Shown here one piece after another: positions 17,498-26,381 of a stretch of 60,164 bases of DNA. The position numbers and the translations under genes are program-made. The first letter of the stretch is position 1, and every line of letters starts with the position of its first letter. Below the pieces are notes generated by a model. It did not search any database and was not told the origin of the DNA. It saw only the letters and a program-made list of their open reading frames with translations. The DNA comes from an uncultured Gemmatimonadaceae bacterium (GTDB lineage Bacteria > Latescibacterota > UBA2968 > UBA8231). Where the stretch lies: positions 1 to 60,164 of the forward strand of contig CALFPI010000259.1 in the NCBI GenBank assembly GCA_937919035.1, written 5' to 3'.

Positions 17498-17988
17498 TCG
17501 TCGTTGGTTTTTTTCAGGATGACGTTGCGCGACAGTTCTTCAATGGCGTCTTCCACGGGATCCTTGCCCACGTCCCATTCGCCGAGGTCGTACTTGAAAC
17601 TCAACTCTTCGGCGGCAGCTGCTTCTTCCAGTTCGATCATTTTGCGTTGTGCCCCGGCTTTCTCGGCATCGAAGAGGATGACGATCTCATCCCCGGAGTA
17701 CCAGCGGGCGATGATGTCACTGCGACGGAAGGGTAGCGAAAAAATTTTGTGCACCCGGCGATCGACTTCGGCGTAGCCGAGTTCCTGATCGAGCCGATGA
17801 ATGTTGCTCAGGTCGATGAAAGCAATTATGCGCCGGCCGCGGGGCATGATCTGCGCGAACTGCACAAATGCCGGTCGGGTGTACATGCCGTAGGCGGCAT
17901 CCCAACTAAGTTCTGCCACCTTTTCGCGCAGGCCGAGGATTTCTTTGTCGAAGCCGAAAATCCGCCCCACAAGGTCTCGTAACACCAC
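17488..17988 (-). CDS. Stand-alone GGDEF-like (nucleotidyl cyclase fold) protein with an SGDEI motif
   Basis: Only the last 166 codons of the 474-aa ORF are free of the upstream GHMP kinase gene. GTG 17988 follows GGAGGAG by 6 nt. Sequence pattern: TRPAFVQF...IAFIDLSNIHRLDQELGYAEVD...ARWYSGDEIVILF. GC is visibly lower than in the neighbours. Confidence 0.6.
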   Translation of the reverse strand: MVLRDLVGRIFGFDKEILGLREKVAELSWDAAYGMYTRPAFVQFAQIMPRGRRIIAFIDLSNIHRLDQELGYAEVDRRVHKIFSLPFRRSDIIARWYSGDEIVILFDAEKAGAQRKMIELEEAAAAEELSFKYDLGEWDVGKDPVEDAIEELSRNVILKKTNDDDQ

Positions 17989-18004
17989 GTGCCGCTCCTC
18001 CAGA

Positions 18005-19402
18005 TCAGGTCGGTGAGCCAATATAGGGTGTGGTTGGTGTGCTGAATACTTCGAAGGCTGCAGGGCCTGCGGGGCTGGTGAAGAATCGACTGGCTGCCGC
18101 TCTCTCAGGAAACTCGCCGTGGTACGCGGCGGACCAGGCTTGCAGGAACTGCGACGACGACGCGGCGGGCACCAGAGCCCACACGCAGCCGCCAAAGCCG
18201 GCTCCGAAAGCCGAGGCTGCCGCTGCGCCATGTTCGCCAGCCGCCTGCGCAAGCAGAATCGTCTCGGGGACCTGATTGCCGAGCATCGACGCAGTGTACT
18301 GCTGCGAGCGGGCCACAGCGTGGCCGAAGCTGGGCAGATCGCCCGCAGCCAGGGCGGTGGCCGCCTCGTCGAGCAGGGCGTCTTCCATTTCGAAATGGCG
18401 CAGGCGCAGATGGAGCTCCTCGGCGCTGAAACCTCCATGGCCGCTCGCCGTTGCCGCCCGCAGTCGCTGCGGCGCATCGGCCGCCGATGCCAGGATTTGT
18501 GCCAGATAGACCTGCCCACCCTCGCCGGCGGCGCGCCACGCCTCCACCAGACTGCGGACGCGTAAGGACGCACGATTGTACAGCTGCTGGGCGGCTCCGG
18601 TCTTCTCGGCGACAACACCGCTGACGCCGAGGGCGAACACCCAGCCCTCGGGAACGGCGACGTGACGCTCAAAACGCGTTGGGCAGTAACGGAACTGTCC
18701 CAGCATGTCGGGCTGCGAACAGAGGATGGCTGTGTGATCCTCGCTGCCACCGAAGGTGCCAACACCAAGATCACCTGCGAGTTGGCCGTAGGACTGGCCG
18801 TTTTCGTGGGTCCCGAGGTATTCGGCCAATGACAGAGTGTCGGCGATTTCAGCGCTGAAAGCCTCTGCCTCTGCAATGCCCTCGATGTCGGCCAGGGCTC
18901 GATAGGTAGCAATCACAAGAGCGCTGGAACTGCTCATGCCGGAGGCCTGTGGCAGGTCGCTGCCGAAGGCAATATCGGCACCGAGGCGACAGCAGTCCGG
19001 GAAATTGCGTGCCAGCCGACGCGCCACCGTCATCGGGTAGTTCTTCCAGTCTCCGACGGGAACTGCAAGATCCGCATCCCAGGCGAAACACACGGCATCA
19101 TCGACATCGAGGCCACGGATGTGCACCTGACCATCGGTGCGCGGCGTCGCCACAATACAGATGCCTCGTTCCACGGCTGCCACGAGGCTGCCGCCGCCGC
19201 AGTAGTCGGTGTGTTTGCCGAGGACCTCGATTCGGCCCGGGACGAAGTACGCCCGCGCCGGCCCGGTGGCACCATCGGTGTGCAGTTGCCGGGCGGCACG
19301 CTCGAAGAGGCCCGCCTTGGCCTCGATGCCGTCGCGCAGTCCGGCGGCACGAAGAGCCTCGGCAACAGCGGCGCTACGGCACAACGCGGCCAGGTCGTTC
19401 AC
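18005..19402 (-). CDS. GHMP-family anomeric sugar kinase (galactokinase/fucokinase-like)
   Basis: GRIEVLGKHTDYCGG (GalK signature region) and LPQASGMSSSSAL (GHMP motif). The GTG start overlaps the upstream stop (GTGA). Confidence 0.8.
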   Translation of the reverse strand: MNDLAALCRSAAVAEALRAAGLRDGIEAKAGLFERAARQLHTDGATGPARAYFVPGRIEVLGKHTDYCGGGSLVAAVERGICIVATPRTDGQVHIRGLDVDDAVCFAWDADLAVPVGDWKNYPMTVARRLARNFPDCCRLGADIAFGSDLPQASGMSSSSALVIATYRALADIEGIAEAEAFSAEIADTLSLAEYLGTHENGQSYGQLAGDLGVGTFGGSEDHTAILCSQPDMLGQFRYCPTRFERHVAVPEGWVFALGVSGVVAEKTGAAQQLYNRASLRVRSLVEAWRAAGEGGQVYLAQILASAADAPQRLRAATASGHGGFSAEELHLRLRHFEMEDALLDEAATALAAGDLPSFGHAVARSQQYTASMLGNQVPETILLAQAAGEHGAAAASAFGAGFGGCVWALVPAASSSQFLQAWSAAYHGEFPERAAASRFFTSPAGPAAFEVFSTPTTPYIGSPT

Positions 19403-20205
19403 AGCTGCACCGGCATGCCACGGAGCCGATCGGCGACGCCCGCAATGTCGTCGCGGCTCGTCAGATCCAGAACCGGTGCAGCAATGGGGACAACCGTAAA
19501 GCAGACGCCGAGATGATCGATGGCGTACTGCACGGCATCGGTGATTTCGAACTCGCCCCGTGCGGATGGCTCAATGGCATCGCAGGCGGCGAAGATGCGC
19601 TCGTCAAACCGCCAGCAGTTCATGCTGACACCAATGCTGTCGCCGAGACCGGCAAGCAGGCCGGCCGACGGTTTCTCGACGATGCGCCGAAGGCTGCCCT
19701 CGGCGTCCACCTCGACCACGGCGAAGCGCTCGATGCGCTGTGCCGGTATGTTGCTCTGCGCCACCAGAGCGCCGCGCTCAAAACCTGGCAGCCCGGGCCC
19801 GGAGAGTCGACACAGGGCCTGCAGGGCCTGCAGGGGATAATGATTGTCGGAATTGATCGCCAGAAATGGGTCACCGGCGGCGAAGTCGCGGGCGGCAGCC
19901 ACGGCGTTGGCCGTCCCCAGTGGCTCAGCCTGGACGGCAAACTCGAAGTCGAGGCGTTGCGCCTGCAGGGCCGCACCATAGTACTGGCGCAGTTCGTCGT
20001 GATCGGGACCAATCACCAGACAGACGTGACGGAGGCCGGCATCGGCGACCGTGGTCAGTACGTAGTCGAGGAATGGGCGATCGATCGGCACCATCGCCTT
20101 GACGCCACGATCTACCATCTGCCGCTGGGCCTCGCTGAGACCCTCTGCCTGGCCACTGCGCATACGTGTACCAAGACCGGCAGCAAGCACCACGACTTTG
20201 TCCAT
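19399..20205 (-). CDS. Sugar-1-phosphate nucleotidyltransferase
   Basis: VVLAAGLGTRMR, the G-x-G-T-R(x) pyrophosphorylase motif. AGGAGG lies 4 nt upstream of the ATG. Confidence 0.8.
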   Translation of the reverse strand: MDKVVVLAAGLGTRMRSGQAEGLSEAQRQMVDRGVKAMVPIDRPFLDYVLTTVADAGLRHVCLVIGPDHDELRQYYGAALQAQRLDFEFAVQAEPLGTANAVAAARDFAAGDPFLAINSDNHYPLQALQALCRLSGPGLPGFERGALVAQSNIPAQRIERFAVVEVDAEGSLRRIVEKPSAGLLAGLGDSIGVSMNCWRFDERIFAACDAIEPSARGEFEITDAVQYAIDHLGVCFTVVPIAAPVLDLTSRDDIAGVADRLRGMPVQL

Positions 20206-20431
20206 CGATCCTCCTGTCAGGATTGCACGGGCTGTCTAACCTTGCACTGGGCAGGAATGTAAGGCTGCCCGGCAGGGCGTGTTGGCCCAATGACGGCGAT
20301 TTTGCATAAAAAAGCAGGGTCTGGGCAGATGGTCTGCCACGAAGCCTGTAAGCAGTGCTCGCACAGTCAATTGTGTCCCTGCTCCGGCTCTCCGGCAGGA
20401 CGGTTTCTGTGCCCTGGGGCGCACATTGGAC

Positions 20432-20459
20432 TTGTGTGAGCTCACCTCGGGGATATCAT
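20432..20459 (+). promoter_or_regulatory. Candidate sigma70-type promoter (TTGTGT-N16-TATCAT)
   Basis: Hexamers read by eye in a lower-GC spacer. It would drive a roughly 175-nt leader ahead of the small ORF at 20641. Confidence 0.25.
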
Positions 20460-20640
20460 TAGCCGATGAACGTATTGCGACCTTGGTACGCCGGATATAG
20501 TGAACCGGGATCACACACCCCCCAAGTCGTTGTGTAATGTTCCTCTCCCTCGTTTACCCACAGCGGTCACTCCCCGGGCCGGAACGCAGTCGTCGTGCGC
20601 CATCCCCCGATGGCTACCGGCGACACGAGAGATCGATGTC

Positions 20641-20781
20641 ATGCTGAGTTCATCCCGCAGAACCCTGTCGCACAGAACCCTGTCGCACAGAACCACGTCC
20701 CGCTTTCCCGCCGTCGTGCCGTGGCTGCTGTTCACCGGTGGCCTGATTCTTTGCGGCCGCATTCTGCCAGCCCTTTTCTGA
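20641..20781 (+). CDS. Candidate 46-aa small membrane peptide
   Basis: MLSSSRRTLSHRTLSHRTTSRFPAVVPWLLFTGGLILCGRILPALF has a basic repeat N-terminus and one TM segment. GAGAG lies 9 nt upstream of the ATG. There is no homology support. Confidence 0.3.
   Translation: MLSSSRRTLSHRTLSHRTTSRFPAVVPWLLFTGGLILCGRILPALF
20658..20700. repeat. 15-bp tandem repeat x2.8 (cagaaccctgtcgca)
   Basis: Two perfect copies plus one diverged copy. They encode RTLSH-RTLSH-RTTS in the candidate small ORF. Confidence 0.9.
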
Positions 20782-20788
20782 GCTGGAG

Positions 20789-20826
20789 TTCAGGTCCCTT
20801 TAATTCAGGCCCCTTTAATTCAGGCC
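20789..20826. repeat. 15-bp tandem repeat x2.5 (ttcagg[t/c]ccctttaa) at the 3' end of the ABC-2 permease gene
   Basis: The third, partial copy contains the stop codon (tca at 20820..20822) of the minus-strand gene. Confidence 0.9.
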
Positions 20827-21605
20827 GAGGCGCCGGAGTAATGGCGCACGCCGATGTTCCAGAACAGCCGTGACACCAGCAACAGAACACCGGCAAGCAC
20901 TACGGTGCCGACGAGCCATGCGGGCGACAATCGACCCACAAGGGCCTCGGCGGGTACGGTGACGGCAAAGGCCACCGGCACGACAAAGGTCAGCAGAGCC
21001 TGCAGCCATCCGGGGTAGATCGTCACCGGCCAGCGTGCCGCATCGTACATGCTGTGGAAAATCATCAGAATATTCTCGATGCGGACAAACCAGAACGCCA
21101 CCGTCGACAGCATCAGCCAGAAGCTGTAGAGGATTGCGCTCCCCGCCACCAGGGCCACAACAAAGGCGGCAACTTCGCGCAGGCCCGCGACCTTGCCCAT
21201 GTAGGCGAGGGCGGCGCCCATCACAAGCGGGCCGACAAGCACATCCACCAGGCGCCACACTCGTACCTGGCTGACACTGACCAGCAACTGCGCGTCTTCC
21301 GGTTTTGTCAGGGTGAAGTCGAGGGTGCCCTGGCGTACGTCCTCGATCAGTTTCTCCATGCTCGGCTGCACGACGACCCCCAGCAATCCGCCCATCAGTG
21401 TCCACACCCCCATCAGGACCACAAGTTCCGGCGAGGTCCAGCCATTGAGGTGGTCGGTCTGGGCGAAAACGATGTATACGGCAAACAGGGCAAAGCCGAG
21501 GTCCATCGCCGTGCGCACGAGCTGAATCCAGAAATTGGCCCGGTACTGGAGATCGTTCATGGCACCGAGGCGAAAAAAAATGGCCAGCAGGCGCAGAATG
21601 TTCAT
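20820..21605 (-). CDS. ABC-2-type transporter permease
   Basis: 261 aa with six hydrophobic segments. The N-terminus LRLLAIFFRLGAMNDLQYRANF is typical of the ABC-2 (DUF990-like) family. ATGA overlap with the upstream gene. Confidence 0.7.
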   Translation of the reverse strand: MNILRLLAIFFRLGAMNDLQYRANFWIQLVRTAMDLGFALFAVYIVFAQTDHLNGWTSPELVVLMGVWTLMGGLLGVVVQPSMEKLIEDVRQGTLDFTLTKPEDAQLLVSVSQVRVWRLVDVLVGPLVMGAALAYMGKVAGLREVAAFVVALVAGSAILYSFWLMLSTVAFWFVRIENILMIFHSMYDAARWPVTIYPGWLQALLTFVVPVAFAVTVPAEALVGRLSPAWLVGTVVLAGVLLLVSRLFWNIGVRHYSGASA

Positions 21606-22408
21606 GCACCCACCGCCGAGTAGCGCTTCGAAGCTCTACCCCAGGCCAGTTGCATCACGCCAAAACCGAGAAGGATCCACAGCGCCTGCATGGCGAAGCC
21701 ATGTGCGGTTTGTGCCGGCGTCAGTCGGCCCAGCAGCAGCTCCACCGGGAAGGCGACCATCCATTGAAACGGCGACCAGGCGGCGAAACTCTGCAGGCCC
21801 TGCGGCAGCAGACTCAGTGGCGCCAGACGGCCCGTGAAAATCAGCACGAAGGCCATATACAGATTGTTCAGCCCCGATGTATCGGTAATCCAGAAAGCCA
21901 GCAGCGCCAGGGTCCACTCAAGAAAAAATCGGGTGAGGAAGGCCAGCAGCACCGCCGGCACAAAGGCCACAGCGGCCCACAGGGGTGGATCCAGCGTCGG
22001 TTTGAAATACCACGCCAGCAGCAGCGCAACGGGGAGCATGACACCCAGCGCCAGCACTTTGTAGGCGACGTTCTGCAGCACATCCCGATGCCATGGATGC
22101 AAGGGCTGGACGAGGATCGCATTGAAGAAGCCGGAACGCACACGCCAGCCCATCTCGAACATGTGCCACGTGAAGGTCGCATGGTTGACGAGCATCATCA
22201 CCAGGAAGTAGGCGGCGATCGTGCCGGCATCAAAATCACCCACCCTGCCCCCCTTGGACTCGGCCACCCGCAGCCACACCACCATATAGACAATGGGCTG
22301 CAACACGAGCCCGAGGAGCCAGATGATGACGGCCGCTCGGTACTGAAACATGACGGCCAGTTCCAGCCCGAATAGCGTGCGATAGATATCGCCGAAACCG
22401 CCGATCAC
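21602..22408 (-). CDS. ABC-2-type transporter permease (paralogous partner)
   Basis: 268 aa with the same architecture. The GTG start overlaps the ATPase stop (GTGA). Confidence 0.7.
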   Translation of the reverse strand: MIGGFGDIYRTLFGLELAVMFQYRAAVIIWLLGLVLQPIVYMVVWLRVAESKGGRVGDFDAGTIAAYFLVMMLVNHATFTWHMFEMGWRVRSGFFNAILVQPLHPWHRDVLQNVAYKVLALGVMLPVALLLAWYFKPTLDPPLWAAVAFVPAVLLAFLTRFFLEWTLALLAFWITDTSGLNNLYMAFVLIFTGRLAPLSLLPQGLQSFAAWSPFQWMVAFPVELLLGRLTPAQTAHGFAMQALWILLGFGVMQLAWGRASKRYSAVGA

Positions 22409-23394
22409 GCGGCGCTGCCGCCGGCTTCGAGATTGAAGACCTGCTCGATCACTTCTTCGATGGGTGGCTCCTCCACCGTCAGGTCGATGACGGGCAGATC
22501 TGCCAGCAGTCGGCCCGTCACCTGCGCCGTGTCGGCTTTCGGCACCAGCAGCGTCACACGGCTGCCCTCCACGGTGATCGAATCACTGTAGGCACTCAGG
22601 TCGAGGCCTTCGCGCTCGAGATCGACAACGATCGTCTTGTGGGGCGAGAACCGCGTCACGAGGTCCGCCAGGGCCCCGTCAAAGAGCAACTGACCATGAT
22701 GGATGACGACGACACGCTGACACAGTGCTTCGACGTCGGCCATGTAGTGACTGGTCAGCAGGATCGTGGCACCGAGGCGCTCATTGTACTGCGCCACGAA
22801 GGTGCGGATCCGTCGTTGCATGGTGACATCAAGGCCCAGAGTCGGTTCATCGAGAAAGAGAATCTGCGGGCGATGCAGCAGGGCCACGGCAATCTCGCAT
22901 TTCATGCGTTCCCCGAGGGACAGATTGCGCACCGGCTTGCGCAGCAGGTCCTGCAGGTCGAGTAGTTCCGTCAACTCTGCCAGCGTGTGTTCGTACTGGC
23001 CGCGTTGCAGCCGGTAGATCGCCCGGTTGCGTTCAAAGGAGTCGGCCACCGGTAGATCCCACACCAGTTGGTTGCGATTGCCCATGACGAGGGTGATCTG
23101 CCGCAGGAACTCACGATCCCGCCGGAAGGGTTCGAAATCCAGCACTCGCACGTGACCTGCAGATGGGTTGAGCAGGCCGGAGAGCATCTTCAGCGTCGTC
23201 GTCTTGCCGGCGCCATTGGGACCGAGGAAGCCGACGATCTCTCCCGGCGCCACGTCGAACGTCACCTCTTTGACGGCCTGGACATCGCGCGTGCGGCGGT
23301 GCAACAGACTCTTGGCGGCGTTCCACAACCCCGGATCCCGTTCCGGCACCCGGTAGGTCTTCGATAGTGCCTCGCAGCGTATGGCTGGCATCAT
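22405..23394 (-). CDS. ABC transporter ATP-binding protein
   Basis: Walker A GPNGAGKTT, signature LSLGERMK, Walker B ILFLDEPT. Confidence 0.9.
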   Translation of the reverse strand: MMPAIRCEALSKTYRVPERDPGLWNAAKSLLHRRTRDVQAVKEVTFDVAPGEIVGFLGPNGAGKTTTLKMLSGLLNPSAGHVRVLDFEPFRRDREFLRQITLVMGNRNQLVWDLPVADSFERNRAIYRLQRGQYEHTLAELTELLDLQDLLRKPVRNLSLGERMKCEIAVALLHRPQILFLDEPTLGLDVTMQRRIRTFVAQYNERLGATILLTSHYMADVEALCQRVVVIHHGQLLFDGALADLVTRFSPHKTIVVDLEREGLDLSAYSDSITVEGSRVTLLVPKADTAQVTGRLLADLPVIDLTVEEPPIEEVIEQVFNLEAGGSAA

Positions 23395-24972
23395 CTACAG
23401 CCCCAGATCGGCGCGGATCACCTGCGCGGCATTGTAGCCGGGAAGGCCCGTGATGTTGCCGGATGGATGACAGCAGGAGCCGCACAGATACAGGCGCTGC
23501 AGATGGCCGCGGTAGTGACCGGCGCCGGCAAAGGGACGATCGTAGCCGACCTGTCCGTCACCGAGACTGCCAACCAGCAGGTCGCCGTCGTGCATGTTGG
23601 GCAGCAGGTGTGGAATTTCATGTGCGGATCGTACGAGCATCTGGCGCACGGCCCCCTCCAGGTTGGGTGCATAGGATTGCCATTGTGTCAGCATTCGTTG
23701 TGCGTGCGCTTCGGCGGCAGTCTCCCAGTTGCCGGCGTCGCCTGCAAGCCGGTACGGCACCTTCTCCCACATGAAGGCCGTATGGGCACCTGCCGGTGCC
23801 TGGGAGGCGTCGAACTGAGAAGGACAACTGCCCCACATGACGGTGGGCGGAATCCGCCCCTGTTCATGGGCCAGAACGATCTCGTCGAAATCACGCACGG
23901 ACTGCAATCCCATGATCACCATGAAGGCTTCGTCGATATCAGCGTACTGTTGCGCGGCGGTGTAGCGGGGCACCTCGTTGAGATTCACGTAGATGCCGAA
24001 CAGAGGCGCCAGCAGATTGTAGCGAAAGGCAGCGGCCGCCTGGCGCCAGGTCGGCGGCAGGTACGACGCATCGATGAGGTCGAGGAACGTCTGCTGCGGG
24101 TTCAATCCGGAGGCGACGAAATGGCGCGCCTCAATGCGTTCGCCCGCCGTCGTTTCGATGCCAACTGCACTGTCGACGCCATCGGCTGTGCGTTCGACGA
24201 TGATACGTGCCAGATCGACCCCGGTGCGCACCTGGCCCCCCGCTTCGTGGACCGCGGCCACGAGAGCTTCGGCCAGGCGGGCCGAACCACCAAGACACAT
24301 CTGTGCTTTGCCTTCCGACGCCAGCAGGGCCGGGATGTGATGGCCGAACCCAGTGGCGCGCAGGTCGACCTCGCGCAGTCCATTAAAAAACAACAGCCCC
24401 GCCTGCACGGCGGGGTGCTCGAACTCGCGCAGGACGAAGTCGCGCGGTGACATGGCACTGGTTTCCAGCAGCAGTCGGCCCGCCGGGGACCGCTGCAGTT
24501 GCCGACGACGGTCGGCAGCCGGCACGGGCGGCGCCTGGGCCTCCGGCAGCAGAATGTCGCGTACCACGGGCACGAAGGCATCGCGCCACCGTTGCAGTAC
24601 TTCGGCATCTCGTGGACTGATCCGCGCGAAGGAGGCGACGGTACGCTCAAAGTCCGTCCACCAGTGCAGCACTTGCTCGTCGGGCAGCAGCATGGCGACG
24701 TTGAGATCCGGTTCGATGTAGCGCGCGCCGTGGCGTGCCAGATCGAGATCCTTGTACCAGGGCTGGTCTGTCAGGGCCCGATGATAGAACGAGTGTGTAT
24801 TGTGCAGAAACCCTGATGCTGCGGGCCACTGCTCCGTTCGCAGGCCACCACCTGCCACTTCATTGCGTTCCACACACAGAACACGCAGACCGGCGCGGCA
24901 CAGGTACGCCTGCGCCACCAGACTGTTATGTCCCGCACCCAGAATGATGCCGTCGTAGCGCGCTTCGGTCAT
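23395..24972 (-). CDS. FAD-dependent oxidoreductase, phytoene desaturase (CrtI)-like family
   Basis: YDGIILGAGHNSLVAQAYLCRAGLRVLCVERNEVAGG is a dinucleotide-binding fold. The C-terminus reads LYLCGSCCHPSGNITG. The stop TAG directly abuts the ATPase ATG. Alternative starts are at 24993 and 25008. Confidence 0.7.
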   Translation of the reverse strand: MTEARYDGIILGAGHNSLVAQAYLCRAGLRVLCVERNEVAGGGLRTEQWPAASGFLHNTHSFYHRALTDQPWYKDLDLARHGARYIEPDLNVAMLLPDEQVLHWWTDFERTVASFARISPRDAEVLQRWRDAFVPVVRDILLPEAQAPPVPAADRRRQLQRSPAGRLLLETSAMSPRDFVLREFEHPAVQAGLLFFNGLREVDLRATGFGHHIPALLASEGKAQMCLGGSARLAEALVAAVHEAGGQVRTGVDLARIIVERTADGVDSAVGIETTAGERIEARHFVASGLNPQQTFLDLIDASYLPPTWRQAAAAFRYNLLAPLFGIYVNLNEVPRYTAAQQYADIDEAFMVIMGLQSVRDFDEIVLAHEQGRIPPTVMWGSCPSQFDASQAPAGAHTAFMWEKVPYRLAGDAGNWETAAEAHAQRMLTQWQSYAPNLEGAVRQMLVRSAHEIPHLLPNMHDGDLLVGSLGDGQVGYDRPFAGAGHYRGHLQRLYLCGSCCHPSGNITGLPGYNAAQVIRADLGL

Positions 24973-25127
24973 GGTCGGACAAGCTAGTGCCATTGTCCTG
25001 GGGCGCAAACAATTGGGGGTTGCCCGGGCCCCTCCGGCTGGCCTTATTCACTGCAGCGCGAGCGTCAATCTTGTGAAGAGTCCCCATTCTCCGGGCAAGG
25101 TCGCGACGTACCTTGCAGCCCAGACAC

Positions 25128-26381
25128 ATGACGATTTTTCCGACAGCACGTCTGCTGCCAGCCCTGCTGGCATGGACCTTGGTACTACACGTGTGGATTG
25201 CGGGGCCCTTGTGGGCCGGCGAGGGTGCCGATGTCTATACCTATGGCACCGTGGATCTACAACTGTCCGCCGGCGACGCGCGCGCCCTCGAGGGCAATCA
25301 ACAGCGACGTGGCAATTCCCCCTACAGCCATACCAAGCTGAATCTGTTTGCCGACATCGTCGCCAACGAGCGCCTCACGGTGTTCAACCATCTGACCCTC
25401 GATCCTTCCGCAAGAGCCACCATCGGGACCTTTCTGCGGACCTGGGTGCGTTACTCCGTCGTGGTGCGACCCGACTTCGACCTGCATCTGCAGGTGGGCA
25501 AGATCCCCACACCTTTCGGTCACTTCACCGAGCGCGCCTATACCGATATCAACCCCGTGCTAGGGTTTCCGCTGATGTATCACTACTCCTCCTCCCTTCG
25601 CAAGGAGCAGCTGCCGGCGAGCAACGCCGTTCTGCTCGCCCACAGGGGGCAGGGTACCCCGGCAGCCTTTACCGGGTATGACGGCAACGCCAACGGCAGC
25701 GCCGGTCTGCCGATGGTATACGATTCCTGTTGGGACTTTGGCGGCAGCGCTGTGGGATCTCTGTGGCGCTTCGAGTATCTGCTGGCCGTGACCCAGGGAT
25801 CGTTATCCGATCCGCGGTCCAATGCATCGGATAACAATGATGGACAACAACTGGCGCTGCGCCTGGGCTTTGTTCCTTTCACCGGCCTGCTGCTGCGCAC
25901 GTCCTATGCACGGGCTCCGTACCTCGATCGTGCCGTGACCGAGGACCTGGCTCCGGGGCAGGATGTGGAGGACTTCCTGCAGGAGATCATTGGTGTCTCG
26001 GCCGAGTATGAGTGGCGCCATCTGTCCGTGATCGGCGAATGGGCCGACAACCGGTGGGAGTCGCCCACCATCCGCGCTGCGGGTGGCGGCGATCAGGACC
26101 TTCAGGTGACCGGGTTCTACATGGAAGGACGCTGCAAGCTGCAGCCGGGTTGGTTCGTCGGTGGCCGCTACAGCGGCCTGCGCTACGGCCGGATTGACGA
26201 CGGCAGCGGTACGGGTCGCAGCATTGCCTGGGATTGGGATGTGGACCGCCTGGAATTCGGCACCGGCTACTGGGTCAACGAAGTGATCCTGACCAAACTC
26301 ACGGCACAGGTCAACGATGCGGGGGGTCCCGGCGCCCAGCACGACAGCATCCTTGCCGCGCAATTGACGATCCTGTTCTGA
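25128..26381 (+). CDS. Putative outer-membrane beta-barrel (porin-like) protein
   Basis: Signal-like N-terminus (LLPALLAWTLVLHVWIAGPLWA), alternating beta-strand pattern, and a C-terminal ...AAQLTILF ending in Phe. Confidence 0.55.
   Translation: MTIFPTARLLPALLAWTLVLHVWIAGPLWAGEGADVYTYGTVDLQLSAGDARALEGNQQRRGNSPYSHTKLNLFADIVANERLTVFNHLTLDPSARATIGTFLRTWVRYSVVVRPDFDLHLQVGKIPTPFGHFTERAYTDINPVLGFPLMYHYSSSLRKEQLPASNAVLLAHRGQGTPAAFTGYDGNANGSAGLPMVYDSCWDFGGSAVGSLWRFEYLLAVTQGSLSDPRSNASDNNDGQQLALRLGFVPFTGLLLRTSYARAPYLDRAVTEDLAPGQDVEDFLQEIIGVSAEYEWRHLSVIGEWADNRWESPTIRAAGGGDQDLQVTGFYMEGRCKLQPGWFVGGRYSGLRYGRIDDGSGTGRSIAWDWDVDRLEFGTGYWVNEVILTKLTAQVNDAGGPGAQHDSILAAQLTILF

Noticed and set aside
17989-18912. 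N-terminal 308 codons of the 474-aa minus-strand ORF 17488..18912.
   Set aside because: This part overlaps the GHMP kinase gene in another frame and is Ser/Pro/Arg-rich. A strong SD plus GTG at 17988 marks the real start of the short GGDEF-like gene.
20500-20640. N-terminal part of the 93-aa ORF 20500..20781.
   Set aside because: Pro/Arg/Thr-rich with no RBS. Only the distal 46 codons, which have a plausible RBS and a TM helix, were kept, and only at low confidence.
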